The notes under the pieces are model-generated. The model was given only the letters and a program-made list of their open reading frames with translations. It searched no databases and was not told the DNA's origin. Positions 19,445-28,746 of a DNA stretch of 64,000 bases are shown piece by piece. Every line of letters begins with the position of its first letter. Within the stretch, counting starts at the first letter, position 1. Made by a program: the position numbers and the translations under genes. Source of the stretch: an uncultured Mycoplasmatota bacterium (lineage in GTDB: Bacteria > Bacillota_I > Bacilli_A > RF39 > UBA660); contig URLV01000003.1 of the NCBI GenBank assembly GCA_900548725.1, positions 885 through 64,884 on the forward strand. Reading direction: 5' to 3'.

Positions 19445-20293
19445 TTATAAATTCATAACTTGTTCTTCAGTAAGATTAGTTATATCAACTATATCTTTAT
19501 TTGAAAAATTACGTTTTTTTAGAATTTTTGCAATACTTAATTGATTTTCTTTATGACCACGTTCAATGCCTTGTTCAATTCCTTGTTCAAACATTTCCTT
19601 CTTTTCGTTCTCATGAAATTGTTCTTCATTGAATACTGGAAATATTTTTCCATCTTCGTATACCATTTTAAACATTTCTATCATCCTTTCTATGTTTTCA
19701 TTTTGTATCTCTTTACTTAACTTATCTAAATTATTTTCTATAAATATTAAACAATTTCTTTCTATATTTGTTAATATATTCCTATTATAATATCTGTTTC
19801 TTAGATAGTCAAGATTTATTCTACTTGTATGTATATTTGGATATAAACTTAATATACTATTATTGACTAATAGTTTAGAGTCATATATAAATGATTTTTC
19901 TATATCTTTTATCTTTAACTTATCTAATATATCAAAGTTATCTATATCTATTAGATAAGTTTCTAAATTACTATTATATGAGTTACTGTTCTCTGCACCA
20001 AATATATGTTTATAGAATAAATAAAAATGATTTTTATATAGACTTTCTTTAGTATAATCTTTATTCATTTCTAGGATAAAGATTTTGTTTTTATATTTAT
20101 AAATAATATCACTCATACTAGATTTAATATTTATATCATTTCTAATATGTTCATTATTAATAACAATAATATTATTAACTATATCATCATAATCTAAATT
20201 ATATAATTCACTAATAATTAAGGACATATATTTAATACCAATATCACTTACAAATATTCTTTTAAAGAAAGTATCATAAAGTATATTTTTCAA
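19445..20293 (-). CDS. Rpn-family recombination-promoting nuclease / PD-(D/E)xK putative transposase
   Basis: 282 aa. The N-terminal half is nuclease-like (DIIYKYKNKIFILEMN). The C-terminal EQGIEQGIERGHKENQLSIAKILKKRNFSNKDIVDITNLTEEQV tail is typical of the Rpn/YhgA-like family. It is a monocistronic island between AT-rich spacers. Confidence 0.65.
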   Translation of the reverse strand: MKNILYDTFFKRIFVSDIGIKYMSLIISELYNLDYDDIVNNIIVINNEHIRNDINIKSSMSDIIYKYKNKIFILEMNKDYTKESLYKNHFYLFYKHIFGAENSNSYNSNLETYLIDIDNFDILDKLKIKDIEKSFIYDSKLLVNNSILSLYPNIHTSRINLDYLRNRYYNRNILTNIERNCLIFIENNLDKLSKEIQNENIERMIEMFKMVYEDGKIFPVFNEEQFHENEKKEMFEQGIEQGIERGHKENQLSIAKILKKRNFSNKDIVDITNLTEEQVMNL

Positions 20294-20403
20294 GAATTAT
20301 CCTCCCTTATAGAAGATGATATTTAAATACCCTTCACTATATATTATTGTGTATTTTTTTGTTTTTCCTTTTTTTTAATAGCAATTTCTTAAAAAAATTT
20401 TTT

Positions 20404-20432
20404 AAAAAAATACAAATTATAATAATTTGTAT
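20404..20432 (-). terminator. Terminator after rluD
   Basis: Minus strand has ATACAAATTA tta TAATTTGTAT, a perfect 10-bp stem, followed by T7. Confidence 0.6.
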
Positions 20433-20494
20433 CTATGTAATAACTAATTAAATATTTAAAAAAAAAATGTATCGCACTAGGCAAAATTATTTAT

Positions 20495-21385
20495 TTACTT
20501 TTCTTCTAAACATTTTAAAAATTCAGTAAAATATTCTGGCAAAGGACATTCAAAATACATTTTTTCTTTTGTTATGGGATGTATGAATTCCATAGAATAA
20601 GAATGTAAAAATTGTCCAAAATCACTACATTTATCATTTGTATATACTGGGTCATTGTATACTGGATGTCCTATATAGTTCATATGTACTCTAATCTGAT
20701 GTGTTCTTCCAGTATCCAATTTACATTTTATTAATGTGTAACCTTTATATCTTTTTAAAACTGTAAAATGGGTTATTGCATTTTTAGAATTTTTACTAGT
20801 TACTGCCATTTTTTTTCTATCTTTATCACTTCTACCTATTGGAGCATCAATAGTTCCACTATTAGTACTTATTTCACCTTTTACTAAAGCAATATAGGTT
20901 CTAGTAATAGTTTTATTTTTAAAATAATCACTTAATATTTCATGTGTTTTATTATTTTTTGCAATTATAATTAAACCACTTGTATCTTTGTCTATTCTAT
21001 GAACTATACCCGGTCTAATTTCTCCATTAATATCACTTAAAGAATTTGTATAATACATTAAACCATTAACTAAAGTACCACTATAGTTACCATTTCCTGG
21101 ATGCACTACCGTTCCGCTTGGTTTATTCACAATCATAATATCATTATCTTCATAAACAATATTTAATTTCATTTCTTCAGGTTCAATATTTGTTTCTTCT
21201 TTAAAACTTTCATCAATTTTAATTATGTCATTTTCTTTTACTTTATAATTGTTTTTAGTTAGCTTATCATTAACCAATATATATCCGTTATCTATCATTT
21301 TTGATATTAAAGTTCTTGATAAATCTGTATTGTTAGATAAATATTTGTCAATTCTTATATTATTTTCTATTACTTTTACTACCAT
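20495..21385 (-). CDS. rluD: 23S rRNA pseudouridine synthase, RluD/RluA family
   Basis: N-terminal S4 domain (RIDKYLSN...), catalytic motif HRIDKDTSGL, and GRTHQIRVH. Confidence 0.9.
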   Translation of the reverse strand: MVVKVIENNIRIDKYLSNNTDLSRTLISKMIDNGYILVNDKLTKNNYKVKENDIIKIDESFKEETNIEPEEMKLNIVYEDNDIMIVNKPSGTVVHPGNGNYSGTLVNGLMYYTNSLSDINGEIRPGIVHRIDKDTSGLIIIAKNNKTHEILSDYFKNKTITRTYIALVKGEISTNSGTIDAPIGRSDKDRKKMAVTSKNSKNAITHFTVLKRYKGYTLIKCKLDTGRTHQIRVHMNYIGHPVYNDPVYTNDKCSDFGQFLHSYSMEFIHPITKEKMYFECPLPEYFTEFLKCLEEK

Positions 21386-21845
21386 TTTTATCTTCTCCTT
21401 TTAATATAGATATTATTAATAATACTACTCCAATTACAATACTTATATCAGCAATATTGAATACTGGGAAATCGTATCTAAATATAATAAAATCTAAAAA
21501 ATCTTTTACATATCCAAATATTAATCTATCAGATAAGTTACCTAGTATACCACCTAATAATAAACCAAATCCATAAGTATTTAATTTAGTTTTTTTAAAA
21601 GAATATGAATATCTAATAATCATTATTATTGCTATTATACTTAAACCAATTAATAAAAATCTATTATTTTCTAATATTCCCCATGAGGCACCTTTATTAT
21701 TAATATATCTTATATAAAAGAAATCTTTTATTATTTCTATACTTTCATTTAATTTTAGGTACGTACTTATTAGTGATTTAGTTATTTGATCTAATATAAA
21801 TATTATTAAAGATATAATATATATTTTTTTTGACATTTCATTCAC
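21360..21845 (-). CDS. lspA: Lipoprotein signal peptidase (signal peptidase II)
   Basis: 161 aa with 4 TM segments. Motifs are NKGASWGI and DFLDFIIFRYDFPVFNIADISI (catalytic Asp regions). Confidence 0.9.
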   Translation of the reverse strand: MNEMSKKIYIISLIIFILDQITKSLISTYLKLNESIEIIKDFFYIRYINNKGASWGILENNRFLLIGLSIIAIIMIIRYSYSFKKTKLNTYGFGLLLGGILGNLSDRLIFGYVKDFLDFIIFRYDFPVFNIADISIVIGVVLLIISILKGEDKNGSKSNRK

Positions 21846-21864
21846 CTTTATAATTATATATTAT

Positions 21865-22092
21865 TTAATTTATTTCTACAAGTATAACATCTTCACCTAT
21901 TTTTTTTATATCTTCCATTTTAAAAATTGTTTCTTTATTAGAAATAAATAATCTGAATATATGTCTTCTTGGTAAACATGTAAAATTAATAACTCTTCCT
22001 TCGTTATTAATTTCTAAGTCAACTATATTTCCAAGATTTTTACCATCATTTACATTAACTACAGTTTTATCTTGTAATTCACTTATTTTCAA
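21865..22092 (-). CDS. YlmC/YmxH-family PRC-barrel protein
   Basis: 75 aa. MKISELQDKTVVNVNDGKNLGNIVDLEIN..GRV matches the YlmC/YmxH sporulation-associated family. It lies downstream of sigG, as in Bacillus. Confidence 0.7.
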   Translation of the reverse strand: MKISELQDKTVVNVNDGKNLGNIVDLEINNEGRVINFTCLPRRHIFRLFISNKETIFKMEDIKKIGEDVILVEIN

Positions 22093-22116
22093 AATATACC
22101 ACCATTTAATTATATG

Positions 22117-22893
22117 TTATTTTATTAATCTTTTAACGTTATTTATTGCACTTTTTTCTAATCTTGACACTTGTGCTTGACTTACTCCTAATTCATTTGC
22201 TATTTCTGTTTGAGTTTTACCGACTATATATCTATCTGTTAATATATTTCTTTCTCGCTCTTTTATTTTTGTTAATGCACGTCTTAGTCCTAAAAGTTCA
22301 TCTCTTCCTTCATTATTGTTTTTTACGTCTGCTATTTGGTCTTCTAAATATATTGTATCTCCTCCATCATTATAAATAGGTTCATATATAGACATTGAAG
22401 GCTTTAAAGAATTTAATGCATTTCCTAAACTATATCCTGTTAATTCTAAAGATTCACATATTTCATCATTAGTTGCTTCTCTACCATTTTTAATTAGAAA
22501 TTCATCTTTGTATTTTAAAATTTTATATGCAGTATCTTTGATACTTCTTGCAATTCTAACATCTGTTAGTCCTCTTATATATCTTCTTATTTCTCCTAAT
22601 ATTAGAGGTACGGCGTAAGTAGAAAACTGTACATTAAAAGATAAATCAAAATTATCTACTGCTTTTATCAGTCCTACACATCCTATTTGAAATAAATCAT
22701 TCATATCACATTTACCATTATTATATTTTTGAACTAAACTTAAAACTAATTTTAGATTTCCATTTACAATTATTTCTTTTGCTTCTTTTTCTCCATTTCT
22801 TAGTTTATTAAATAATATAATCATTTCATCATTTTTTAATACTGGTAGATTATTTGTATTTATTCCTGTTATATCAACTTTATATTTGCTCAT
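22117..22893 (-). CDS. sigG: Sporulation-type sigma-70 family factor, SigG-like (SigF/G clade)
   Basis: Close by eye to B. subtilis SigG: VDITGINTNNLPVLKNDEM, GNLKLVLSLVQKY, DLFQIGCVGLIKAVDNFDLSFNVQFSTYAVPLILGEIRRY, YEPIYNDGGDTIYLEDQI, GVSQAQVSRLEK. Confidence 0.8.
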   Translation of the reverse strand: MSKYKVDITGINTNNLPVLKNDEMIILFNKLRNGEKEAKEIIVNGNLKLVLSLVQKYNNGKCDMNDLFQIGCVGLIKAVDNFDLSFNVQFSTYAVPLILGEIRRYIRGLTDVRIARSIKDTAYKILKYKDEFLIKNGREATNDEICESLELTGYSLGNALNSLKPSMSIYEPIYNDGGDTIYLEDQIADVKNNNEGRDELLGLRRALTKIKERERNILTDRYIVGKTQTEIANELGVSQAQVSRLEKSAINNVKRLIK

Positions 22894-22941
22894 AAAAAAT
22901 ATCCTTTCTACCTTATATTGGTAAAAAAGATATTAGTTTAT

Positions 22942-23268
22942 TCATTTCTTTTTTGTACACATTAATAAAATACTATTTATTAAAACTAGTGATATTGATG
23001 TTATTATTAAAATATTTTTTATATTTTTTATTATAGATTTTAGTACTAATTTTACAATATCATTTAGAGATATAACGTTTAGTATTGTTGGTAATAATAG
23101 TGATATAATAATTATAAATATAGATAAAATTATAGTAGTTGTACTTATTATTTTAATAGATTTTTTGGTGTTTTTATTGTTTATGAATATTAAAACTATT
23201 GTAAGTAATAAACTTATTAATAATATAATTAAGTTTTTTGTACTTATAAGTTTAAGTAATGTTTCCAT
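22942..23268 (-). CDS. Small membrane protein, unknown function
   Basis: 108 aa with three hydrophobic segments. Abuts the upstream ORF. No recognisable motif. Confidence 0.35.
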   Translation of the reverse strand: METLLKLISTKNLIILLISLLLTIVLIFINNKNTKKSIKIISTTTIILSIFIIIISLLLPTILNVISLNDIVKLVLKSIIKNIKNILIITSISLVLINSILLMCTKKK

Positions 23269-23727
23269 TTAATCACCATATAAACTTTCTATAATAGAAT
23301 TGCTATTATTTTTTATATTATTTAGTATATTCTCTTTTTCTTCATTTGTAATATTATAATCTGTTTCATCTATAACTTTGTCAATATTATTATTTGCATA
23401 ATTATACAATTCTTCATTAGTCATTTTTTCACTTTTACCCATTTTATAATCTATAACATCATTTGTTATTTCACTTAAAACATTTTGAGCTGTTTTACTA
23501 TTTAATGTAGATTTTATTACTTCTTTATCTATATTTGTTTCTCTATTTATTTTGTCTGTAATATCATTAATTATTTTTTCATTTTTATTAATATCTTTTG
23601 TAGTATTTTTTATTATCTTATTTATGTTATCTTTTTTTATAGTTATTTTAAGTGTTATTAAAGATATACTTAGTAATTCAATAATAATTAGTAGTGTAAC
23701 TAATAATATATTAAATAATTTTTTCAT
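23269..23727 (-). CDS. N-terminally anchored protein, unknown function
   Basis: 152 aa with a single N-terminal TM followed by an Asn/Lys/Glu-rich soluble part. Confidence 0.35.
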   Translation of the reverse strand: MKKLFNILLVTLLIIIELLSISLITLKITIKKDNINKIIKNTTKDINKNEKIINDITDKINRETNIDKEVIKSTLNSKTAQNVLSEITNDVIDYKMGKSEKMTNEELYNYANNNIDKVIDETDYNITNEEKENILNNIKNNSNSIIESLYGD

Positions 23728-23745
23728 ATATATTCTCCTAGTATT

Positions 23746-24972
23746 TTATTTACCTACGAAATATTTTTTCTTACCTTTTCTTATAATAAGATATTTTTTA
23801 TGTAAAAGTAAATCTTCGTTAACTATTGTATTTTCATCGTTTATAATATTTCCATTTACGGTAATACTATTATTGTTTAAAAATTCTCTTGCTTCTCTTC
23901 TACTAACTGCAATTTTATTTTTTACTAGAGTATCTAATATTATTTCATTTAGATTTATTTTGAAACTAGGTACACCTTTAAATGCATCTTCTATTTCATC
24001 TTCTTTTAATTCATTTATTTTTCCTTGGAATAAACATTCACTTATTTTTAAAGCTTTATTAAATTCTTCTTCTCCATGTAAATCTGTAATAAATTCTTTT
24101 GCTAATGTTTTTTGAGCAATTCTTAAATGAGGTGTTTCATTATGTTTAATCATAATTTTTTCTATTTCTTCTTTTGTCAAGAATGTGAATACTTTTAAAT
24201 ATTCTTCTACTTTAGAGTCATCAGAATTAATTAAGTATTGATATAATTCATAGCTAGAGGTTTTGTTGATATCTAACCATAAAGCATTTCCTTCACTTTT
24301 TCCAAATTTATTTCCGTTAGCATCTAATATTAAAGGCATTGTAAAACCATATGCTTCTTTGCCTTCTATTTTCTTTATTAATTCAATACCTGTTGTTATA
24401 TTTCCCCATTGGTCACTACCTGCAGCCTGTAATGTACATCCTTTATCTTTAAATAAATGTAAGAAGTCATAACCTTGAATAAGAGTGTATGAAAATTCAG
24501 CATATGTTATACCTGTTTCTAATCTTCTACTTATTATATCTTTTGCTAACATATAATTAACATTAATATATTTTCCTATATCTCTTAAAAATTCTAAATA
24601 ATTGTAATTTTTCATCCAATCATAGTTATTAACTATTTCTGCTTTTCCTTCTAAAATTCTAGATACTTGTTCTTTTAATCCAACAAAGTTTTTATCTACA
24701 GTTTCTTTTGAAATTATTTCTCTTTCTGCAGTTGGTCTAGGGTCTCCTATTAAACCTGTTGCACCACCTACTAATAATATAGGATGATGACCCGCTCTCA
24801 TTAATCTTTTTGCAGTTATTAGTGAAGAATAATGTCCTATATGTAAACTATCTGCTGTTGGATCTGTTCCCCAGTAAAATGTAACACTTTCATTGTTTAA
24901 CTTATTTTCTAATTCTGGACTACTTACATCTTTTAATAGTCCTCTCCATTTTAATTCATCATATAATTTCAT
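23746..24972 (-). CDS. tyrS: Tyrosine--tRNA ligase
   Basis: Class I HIGH (DSLHIGH) and KMSKS-like (KFGKSEG) motifs, plus a C-terminal S4-like domain. 408 aa. Confidence 0.95.
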   Translation of the reverse strand: MKLYDELKWRGLLKDVSSPELENKLNNESVTFYWGTDPTADSLHIGHYSSLITAKRLMRAGHHPILLVGGATGLIGDPRPTAEREIISKETVDKNFVGLKEQVSRILEGKAEIVNNYDWMKNYNYLEFLRDIGKYINVNYMLAKDIISRRLETGITYAEFSYTLIQGYDFLHLFKDKGCTLQAAGSDQWGNITTGIELIKKIEGKEAYGFTMPLILDANGNKFGKSEGNALWLDINKTSSYELYQYLINSDDSKVEEYLKVFTFLTKEEIEKIMIKHNETPHLRIAQKTLAKEFITDLHGEEEFNKALKISECLFQGKINELKEDEIEDAFKGVPSFKINLNEIILDTLVKNKIAVSRREAREFLNNNSITVNGNIINDENTIVNEDLLLHKKYLIIRKGKKKYFVGK

Positions 24973-24988
24973 AATATTTTCCTTCTTT

Positions 24989-25606
24989 CTATAATAGTTT
25001 TAGTAATTCATCTAAATTATTTATTTCATTCTCTGTATTATTTTTTGTAGATTTATTAAAGTATATTGTTTTCATTTTTAGTTTTTTTGGAATATTGATA
25101 TCTCTTTCTAAACTATCACCTATTATTAAACACTCTTCATATTGATAATTACTACAAGCATTTTTGTAAGTTTCTTTATTTGGTTTTATTCCATCTTCAA
25201 CACCATATATTTTTTTAAAATATTTATCTATTCCAACCTTTTTTAGTCTTTCATGTTGACAATCTTTATACCAATTAGTTAGCGCAACTATTTCATATTT
25301 TTTAGATAAATATTCTAATATTTTTTTTGTATTTTCATTTATTAATGTTGAATAATTAGAATAAATTTTTAATAACTCTTCTAAGTTTTCTAAGCTATAA
25401 ATATTATCTAATTTTTGATTTAAATAATTTACTAAATCTATTTTTTCAAAATTCCCTACAAATTCATATTCATATAATATTTTGAATAAATGATTAGGTT
25501 CAATTTTATAATTTTTTATTTTTAGGTAGTTTTGGTAACAATCTATACAATCTTTTTTAGTATCTAATAAAGTATTATCAATATCAAATATTATTCTTTT
25601 AATCAT
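24989..25606 (-). CDS. HAD-superfamily hydrolase
   Basis: Motif I FDIDNTLLD, motif II LTN, and motif IV GDSLERD. The start is placed at ATG 25606 (MIKRIIFDID), preceded by GGAGG. The track ORF start at 25627 includes that SD. Confidence 0.8.
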   Translation of the reverse strand: MIKRIIFDIDNTLLDTKKDCIDCYQNYLKIKNYKIEPNHLFKILYEYEFVGNFEKIDLVNYLNQKLDNIYSLENLEELLKIYSNYSTLINENTKKILEYLSKKYEIVALTNWYKDCQHERLKKVGIDKYFKKIYGVEDGIKPNKETYKNACSNYQYEECLIIGDSLERDINIPKKLKMKTIYFNKSTKNNTENEINNLDELLKLL

Positions 25607-25616
25607 GTTTGCCTCC

Positions 25617-25748
25617 AAAAAAAACATCCATATACTTAAGGGCGAAATTCCGCGGTACCACCTTAATTCTATGAATGTATCATACTTTATTTATCTTAAC
25701 GCGATATTACGTTTTAACTCCAGGGTCGTAAATCCTTTCTTCGTTAAC
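25617..25748 (-). promoter_or_regulatory. T-box leader (Tyr), controls the HAD-tyrS operon
   Basis: Minus strand carries TAAGGTGGTACCGCGGAATTTCGCCC (canonical T-box) at 25651-25662. The terminator arms are TTCATAGAATTAAGG / CCTTAAGTATATGGA followed by T8. A candidate UAC specifier lies in GGATTTACGACC. Confidence 0.75.
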
Positions 25749-25754
25749 AAAATT

Positions 25755-25782
25755 ATTATATCATATTTTTATAGTTTGTAAA
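25755..25782 (-). promoter_or_regulatory. Promoter of the tyrS T-box leader
   Basis: Minus strand reads TTTACA, a 16-nt spacer, then TGaTATAAT (extended -10). Confidence 0.5.
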
Positions 25783-25784
25783 TA

Positions 25785-26528
25785 TTAACTTTCTTTAATA
25801 TTGTTAATGTACCAATTTATTTTATCAGTCCATGTTGTACTGCTTGGAGCATATTTACTTTGCATTAATTCAGGTGTTGTTAAGCCTTTATTATAATAAT
25901 TATTGTAAAGTATATTTAGGTAACCATCTATTCCTTCTTCTAAACTATCATATTTTATAAATTTTCCACCACTTTTTAACCCACCTATATTATAGTTATT
26001 TCTAACTAAACTACTACAAGTCCATTTGCATCCTGTCTCATGTAATACTATTGCAACAGCTAGATATGGATCTAATCCTGTTAGTTTTGTGTATTTTGCA
26101 AAATATATTCCTGTGTTTGTTAAAGTAGATGATAAATTTTTATTTAATTTTTCTGCTAGAGAAGTTAAAGTTAATCCATCATATACAATAGTTCCGTCAT
26201 CTATAATACTTTCTGGTATAACAACACTATTATTATCAAACAAATCTCTTTTTTCAGTAGTTGTTGTAGTTATGATTTGAGTAGTCGTAGTAGTGGTTGT
26301 CGTTGTTGTAGTTTCTTCTGGTATTATTAATTCTTCGTTAGTTTCTTCAATAACATTAGGAGAATATGACTTTTCTTTAACATCGTTATATGCCAAAGTA
26401 TATTCTTCATTTTTATTAAAATAATTTTTATAAAAATATTTTTTTACTCCTAAATATCCTGCTATCGAAAGCATTATACCTATTATAACTAAAAATATTT
26501 GTATCCATATATTCTTCATACTTATCAC
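25785..26528 (-). CDS. Membrane-anchored peptidoglycan hydrolase (glucosaminidase/LytD-like domain)
   Basis: N-terminal TM, poly-Thr linker (TTTTTTTTTTTQIITTTTT), then LDPYLAVAIVLHETGCKWTCSSLVRNNYNIGGLK, typical of mannosyl-glycoprotein endo-beta-N-acetylglucosaminidase domains. Confidence 0.7.
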   Translation of the reverse strand: MISMKNIWIQIFLVIIGIMLSIAGYLGVKKYFYKNYFNKNEEYTLAYNDVKEKSYSPNVIEETNEELIIPEETTTTTTTTTTTQIITTTTTEKRDLFDNNSVVIPESIIDDGTIVYDGLTLTSLAEKLNKNLSSTLTNTGIYFAKYTKLTGLDPYLAVAIVLHETGCKWTCSSLVRNNYNIGGLKSGGKFIKYDSLEEGIDGYLNILYNNYYNKGLTTPELMQSKYAPSSTTWTDKINWYINNIKES

Positions 26529-26594
26529 ATATAATATTATAGCAAATAAAAATTAATATTACAAATTTTCTTTGCAAAAAAAATATTATAAGAT

Positions 26595-27311
26595 TTATTC
26601 ATTCTTCTTATAATATTTTTCTGCAATATTAAGACCTTGTCTAATTTGATTTAAATCATCTACATTTATTTCAGTATCAATTTTTTTATTGATATTACTA
26701 AATCTCATGAATTTATTATTAAATGATAATAATCTAAATAATTTAATAAAATCATATATGATTACACATAGTGCCGGTATTAAAATTACAAGTAACCAAC
26801 CAAATTTATTTGCTATTAAAAATTGTACTCTACCTAATTGAGGTATTTTAAATAATACTTTACCTAATATATCATTATAATTTACGGTTGCTTGGTCTGC
26901 TTTTAAGTTATTATCTCCTTTTGTAATATATGATTTTGAGCCATCAGCATTTGTTATTACGTCAACTACTCTATGTGTTACTGTTAAACCTTTTGACACA
27001 TTACTATTAGATATAAATGTTATTATATCCCCTTTTTTTATGTTATTTTCATTAAAAACATTTAGGTCAACAACTACATCATATACTTTTACATTTGGTT
27101 CCATACTTGGACTAATGATTGTGTATAAACCAAATTTTGGTATATTTGCAGTTGGATTTTTTTCATACATTTTTAATGAAAAGAAATAGTATGCAAAAAA
27201 TATTCCTAAAAATATTAAAACAACGATTATTGCATAAGATAATAACTTCATTGCTTTATTGCAATAATATTTAATTAATTTTCTACGTTCCCTCTTATTC
27301 ATCTTTTTCAT
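26595..27311 (-). CDS. sipW: Signal peptidase I, SipW (archaeal/ER) type
   Basis: ISPSMEPNVKVYDVVV (catalytic Ser), THRVV (His), and TKGDNN, plus a second C-terminal TM. This is the pattern of SipW-type rather than LepB-type peptidases. Confidence 0.8.
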   Translation of the reverse strand: MKKMNKRERRKLIKYYCNKAMKLLSYAIIVVLIFLGIFFAYYFFSLKMYEKNPTANIPKFGLYTIISPSMEPNVKVYDVVVDLNVFNENNIKKGDIITFISNSNVSKGLTVTHRVVDVITNADGSKSYITKGDNNLKADQATVNYNDILGKVLFKIPQLGRVQFLIANKFGWLLVILIPALCVIIYDFIKLFRLLSFNNKFMRFSNINKKIDTEINVDDLNQIRQGLNIAEKYYKKNE

Positions 27312-27611
27312 TTTATCACCGGTCTAGTTTCTATATTAATTATATATTATGAATATAAATATTTCAATAATAAATTTTTTTGAGTTTCCGGATTTTACGA
27401 TTTTTTTCTAGTTTTAGCTTACTTATTTTCAATAATTTTCTAATGTGTATTTTTTATCTATTATTTTGACGCTTTTTTCCACGCTTAAAACTGAGTATTT
27501 TTTACTCATTTTTTTCGTTTAATATTAATTCACTTTATTTTTATAGTAATAATTTTATCTTATCAATTAAATTATATCAATATCGAAAGTGTTTACTTTA
27601 TTTTAAAAGAA

Positions 27612-27648
27612 AAAATCAGAAAATCTTAACGAAATTCTGATTTTTTTT
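27612..27648. terminator. Bidirectional hairpin terminator in the sipW-upstream spacer
   Basis: AAAATCAGAA (27612-21) and TTCTGATTTT (27635-44) form a perfect 10-bp stem, with an A-run before and T8 after. Confidence 0.55.
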
Positions 27649-27692
27649 GTTTTCAACAAAATTTTCCATCAACTCAAATAAATTTTTTCTTG

Positions 27693-28091
27693 TTAATTTA
27701 AATGTCAATATCCCGTTTATATATAAATTTAAATTTGGATATTCGAAATAAAAAACTCATCCACGTCCTTATCCAAGACCTAATAAGGATTATAAAACAC
27801 CACTACAATTTTTAGAAGAAGAATTGGGAGATTATATTTAGATATATTGGAACTTTACCAGATTTCACTAGAAGAATTAAATATGAGAGATATGATAATA
27901 AAAGATATATAATTATACTTTACTTTTGTTATCTACCAAAAATAAGAAAATGAAAATGTTGTCAAGACCGTAAGTACATTTTAGTCTTGTACAATATTTT
28001 CATTTTTTAATATAATTTTGTATAAATTCGAATATCTTAACTTAAATTAATCTTATTATTATGCAAAACGGGATATCCTAATTTAAATTAA
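27693..28091 (+). mobile_element. Decayed insertion-sequence relic bounded by inverted repeats (IS30-like tail, tentative)
   Basis: Left end is TTAATTTAAATGTCAATATCCCGTTT (27693-27718). The reverse complement of the right end is TTAATTTAAATTAGGATATCCCGTTT (28066-28091). Inner repeats are GGATATTCGAAAT / AAATTCGAATATC. A 29-codon remnant at 27752-27841 (KTHPRPYPRPNKDYKTPLQFLEEELGDYI*) recalls the RPRK..YKTP.E.F tail of IS30 transposases. A 22-bp hairpin plus T-run lies at 27947-28008. Confidence 0.5.
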
Positions 28092-28103
28092 CCTAATAAA
28101 TCT

Positions 28104-28712
28104 TTATTTTAGAGATATGCTGTTTAATATATTATCTTTATAATTTTCACATTCATTAATAAGAGTTATATTATCTATTTTAAAGTCATAAATAAATATT
28201 CTTTGATTTATCTCTGTTAAATAATTATAGTTTGTTCCAAAAAAATCATATTTTATTCCATACCAATTTATATTGTTTATTAGTTGATTTTGTACTTCAT
28301 TTTCTCTACCATAAAAATCATTCATACTATAGACAAGTTTTTTTACGTCATCATAATTTGTAATTTCTTTAATTGAAAAACTACATTCATTTATTATTTT
28401 TTCTCCGTCTATTTCTTTTTCTACTTCATAATAATATTCATTATCTTTTTCATCAAATTCATTTGGCACTTGAAAATTAAATATTTTGATTGAAGTATTA
28501 TCTACTGAATATGAAAATGAGCCATCAAAATAATCATTTAGATTTGTTGTTGTACTATCATATACTTTAGTGATATTAGAATCTAAATTTATACTTGTTA
28601 CTTTTTTTGCATTATGTATTGCTAAAGTAGCCCCCGCCATAATTAAACATATTATATTTCCTATGATTGAAATTATGACTATGACCAAAACTATTATTTG
28701 TTTTTTATTCAT
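28104..28712 (-). CDS. N-terminally anchored/secreted protein, unknown function (TapA-position gene)
   Basis: 202 aa. The N-terminal hydrophobic segment ends in ...IMAGATLAIHNA. Lies 34 nt downstream of the TasA-like gene. Confidence 0.4.
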   Translation of the reverse strand: MNKKQIIVLVIVIISIIGNIICLIMAGATLAIHNAKKVTSINLDSNITKVYDSTTTNLNDYFDGSFSYSVDNTSIKIFNFQVPNEFDEKDNEYYYEVEKEIDGEKIINECSFSIKEITNYDDVKKLVYSMNDFYGRENEVQNQLINNINWYGIKYDFFGTNYNYLTEINQRIFIYDFKIDNITLINECENYKDNILNSISLK

Positions 28713-28746
28713 TTTTTACTCCTCTTTTCTATTTGAAAAAGCTCCA

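Noticed and set aside
27312-27692. 26-codon minus-strand ORF (MSKKYSVLSVEKSVKIIDKKYTLENY) and small hairpins in the sipW upstream spacer as a functional small gene.
   Set aside because: No convincing SD, no recognisable motif, and the region borders an IS relic. It is more likely residual sequence, although it must contain the present sipW promoter.
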